Source: a virus (lineage: Duplodnaviria; Heunggongvirae; Uroviricota; Caudoviricetes). Taken from it: DNA of 64,000 nt. Made by a program: the position numbers and the translations under genes. Location of the stretch: IMG/VR virus record IMGVR_UViG_3300017971_000191; one strand, 5' to 3'. A model generated the notes under the pieces. That model had not been told where the DNA came from, made no database searches, and saw nothing but the letters and a program-made list of their open reading frames with translations. This document shows, piece after piece, positions 63,528 to 64,000 of this stretch; position 1 is the stretch's first letter; every line of letters starts with the position of its first letter.

Positions 63528-64000
63528 CAGGTGAAGTCCTTAAACGCCCAGTCCGAGATCCGCTGGTAGACCACGCCGAGCGTCTCCACAACCCAGCGGG
63601 TGGCCCGGATCACGCCATCGCGAATCGCCGTCCAGAGCATGCTCCAGGGCCAGAGCAGTACCCAGACGACCACGCGGTCAACATTGTCTTGAAAATCCGG
63701 GGCCGTCAAGGCTCCCGTGTTCCGGTTGAAGTTGAGATGGGTATCCCCCTCCAGGCGTTGCAGCGCCCAGTCGTCGGCAAAGTTCTCGCGGTCCTTTTCG
63801 TTCCAGAGCTTAGGGTCCTCGGAGAGCCCCCGGCGGCTGATGAAGGCTTTCAGCAGCTTACCGTAGTCCCTGGCCGTCTGGCGGAGAAAGATGATCCACT
63901 TGGGGAAGCTCCACGCCAACCCGACCAGCGGCCAGGCGAGGACGTAGAGCAGTCTCCAGTAGTTTGCGGAGAACCACGCGGCCAGGTCCCCAGCCAGGAC
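63527..64000 (-). CDS. Membrane protein, 5'-truncated by the window edge
   Basis: Frame open to 64000 (VLAGDLAAWF...LAWPLVGLAWSFPKW); second TM WVLLWPWSMLW. Confidence 0.75.
   Translation of the reverse strand, partial: VLAGDLAAWFSANYWRLLYVLAWPLVGLAWSFPKWIIFLRQTARDYGKLLKAFISRRGLSEDPKLWNEKDRENFADDWALQRLEGDTHLNFNRNTGALTAPDFQDNVDRVVVWVLLWPWSMLWTAIRDGVIRATRWVVETLGVVYQRISDWAFKDFT

Larger units (their letters stand above)
1..64000 (-). mobile_element. Segment of a large myovirus-like (contractile-tail) phage genome
   Basis: Sheath, tube, tape measure and baseplate genes plus dense, co-oriented small accessory ORFs with overlapping stop/start codons; no host housekeeping genes; no attachment boundary or integrase seen. 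Confidence 0.92.

Noticed and set aside
1-64000. Stop-codon reassignment, introns or inteins
   Set aside because: Core genes are intact in the standard code at plausible lengths; no homing endonuclease or splice-junction motifs seen

Overview
The window is a 64-kb segment of a large, GC-rich myovirus-type phage genome, with essentially all real genes on the minus strand. Read in the direction of transcription (64 kb to 1), it holds: (1) a contractile-tail module (terminator-like protein, 945-aa sheath, tube, VgrG/gp5-like hub-spike, chaperone pair, 1444-aa tape measure, hub, gp25-like and J-like wedge proteins), with a sigma-70-family sigma factor, an MMP-like matrixin and a small secreted protein embedded in it; (2) five tandem paralogous Cys-rich distal-tail proteins, a Cys-repeat/collagen fibre and a fused glycosyltransferase; (3) nucleotide-metabolism genes (DUF5664-type dNTP diphosphohydrolase, dCMP deaminase); (4) a small-gene island with two copies of a promoter-like motif; (5) a DUF1257-BON-DUF2997-AAA(Ycf46-like)-DUF3150-like module; (6) about 15 kb of small accessory genes, including ParB-like, Ocr-like, GHKL-ATPase/HExxH, GP88-like and UDG-like proteins. 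No capsid, portal, terminase, integrase, tRNA, rRNA or CRISPR array was recognised. The most striking unexplained signal is an AT-rich 18-bp palindrome, CTCAAAAC(C/T)GCTTTTGAG, found four times at 13-17 kb spacing, twice inside genes. The host is tentatively Planctomycetota (inference). All family assignments come from motif recognition by eye; no database search was run.
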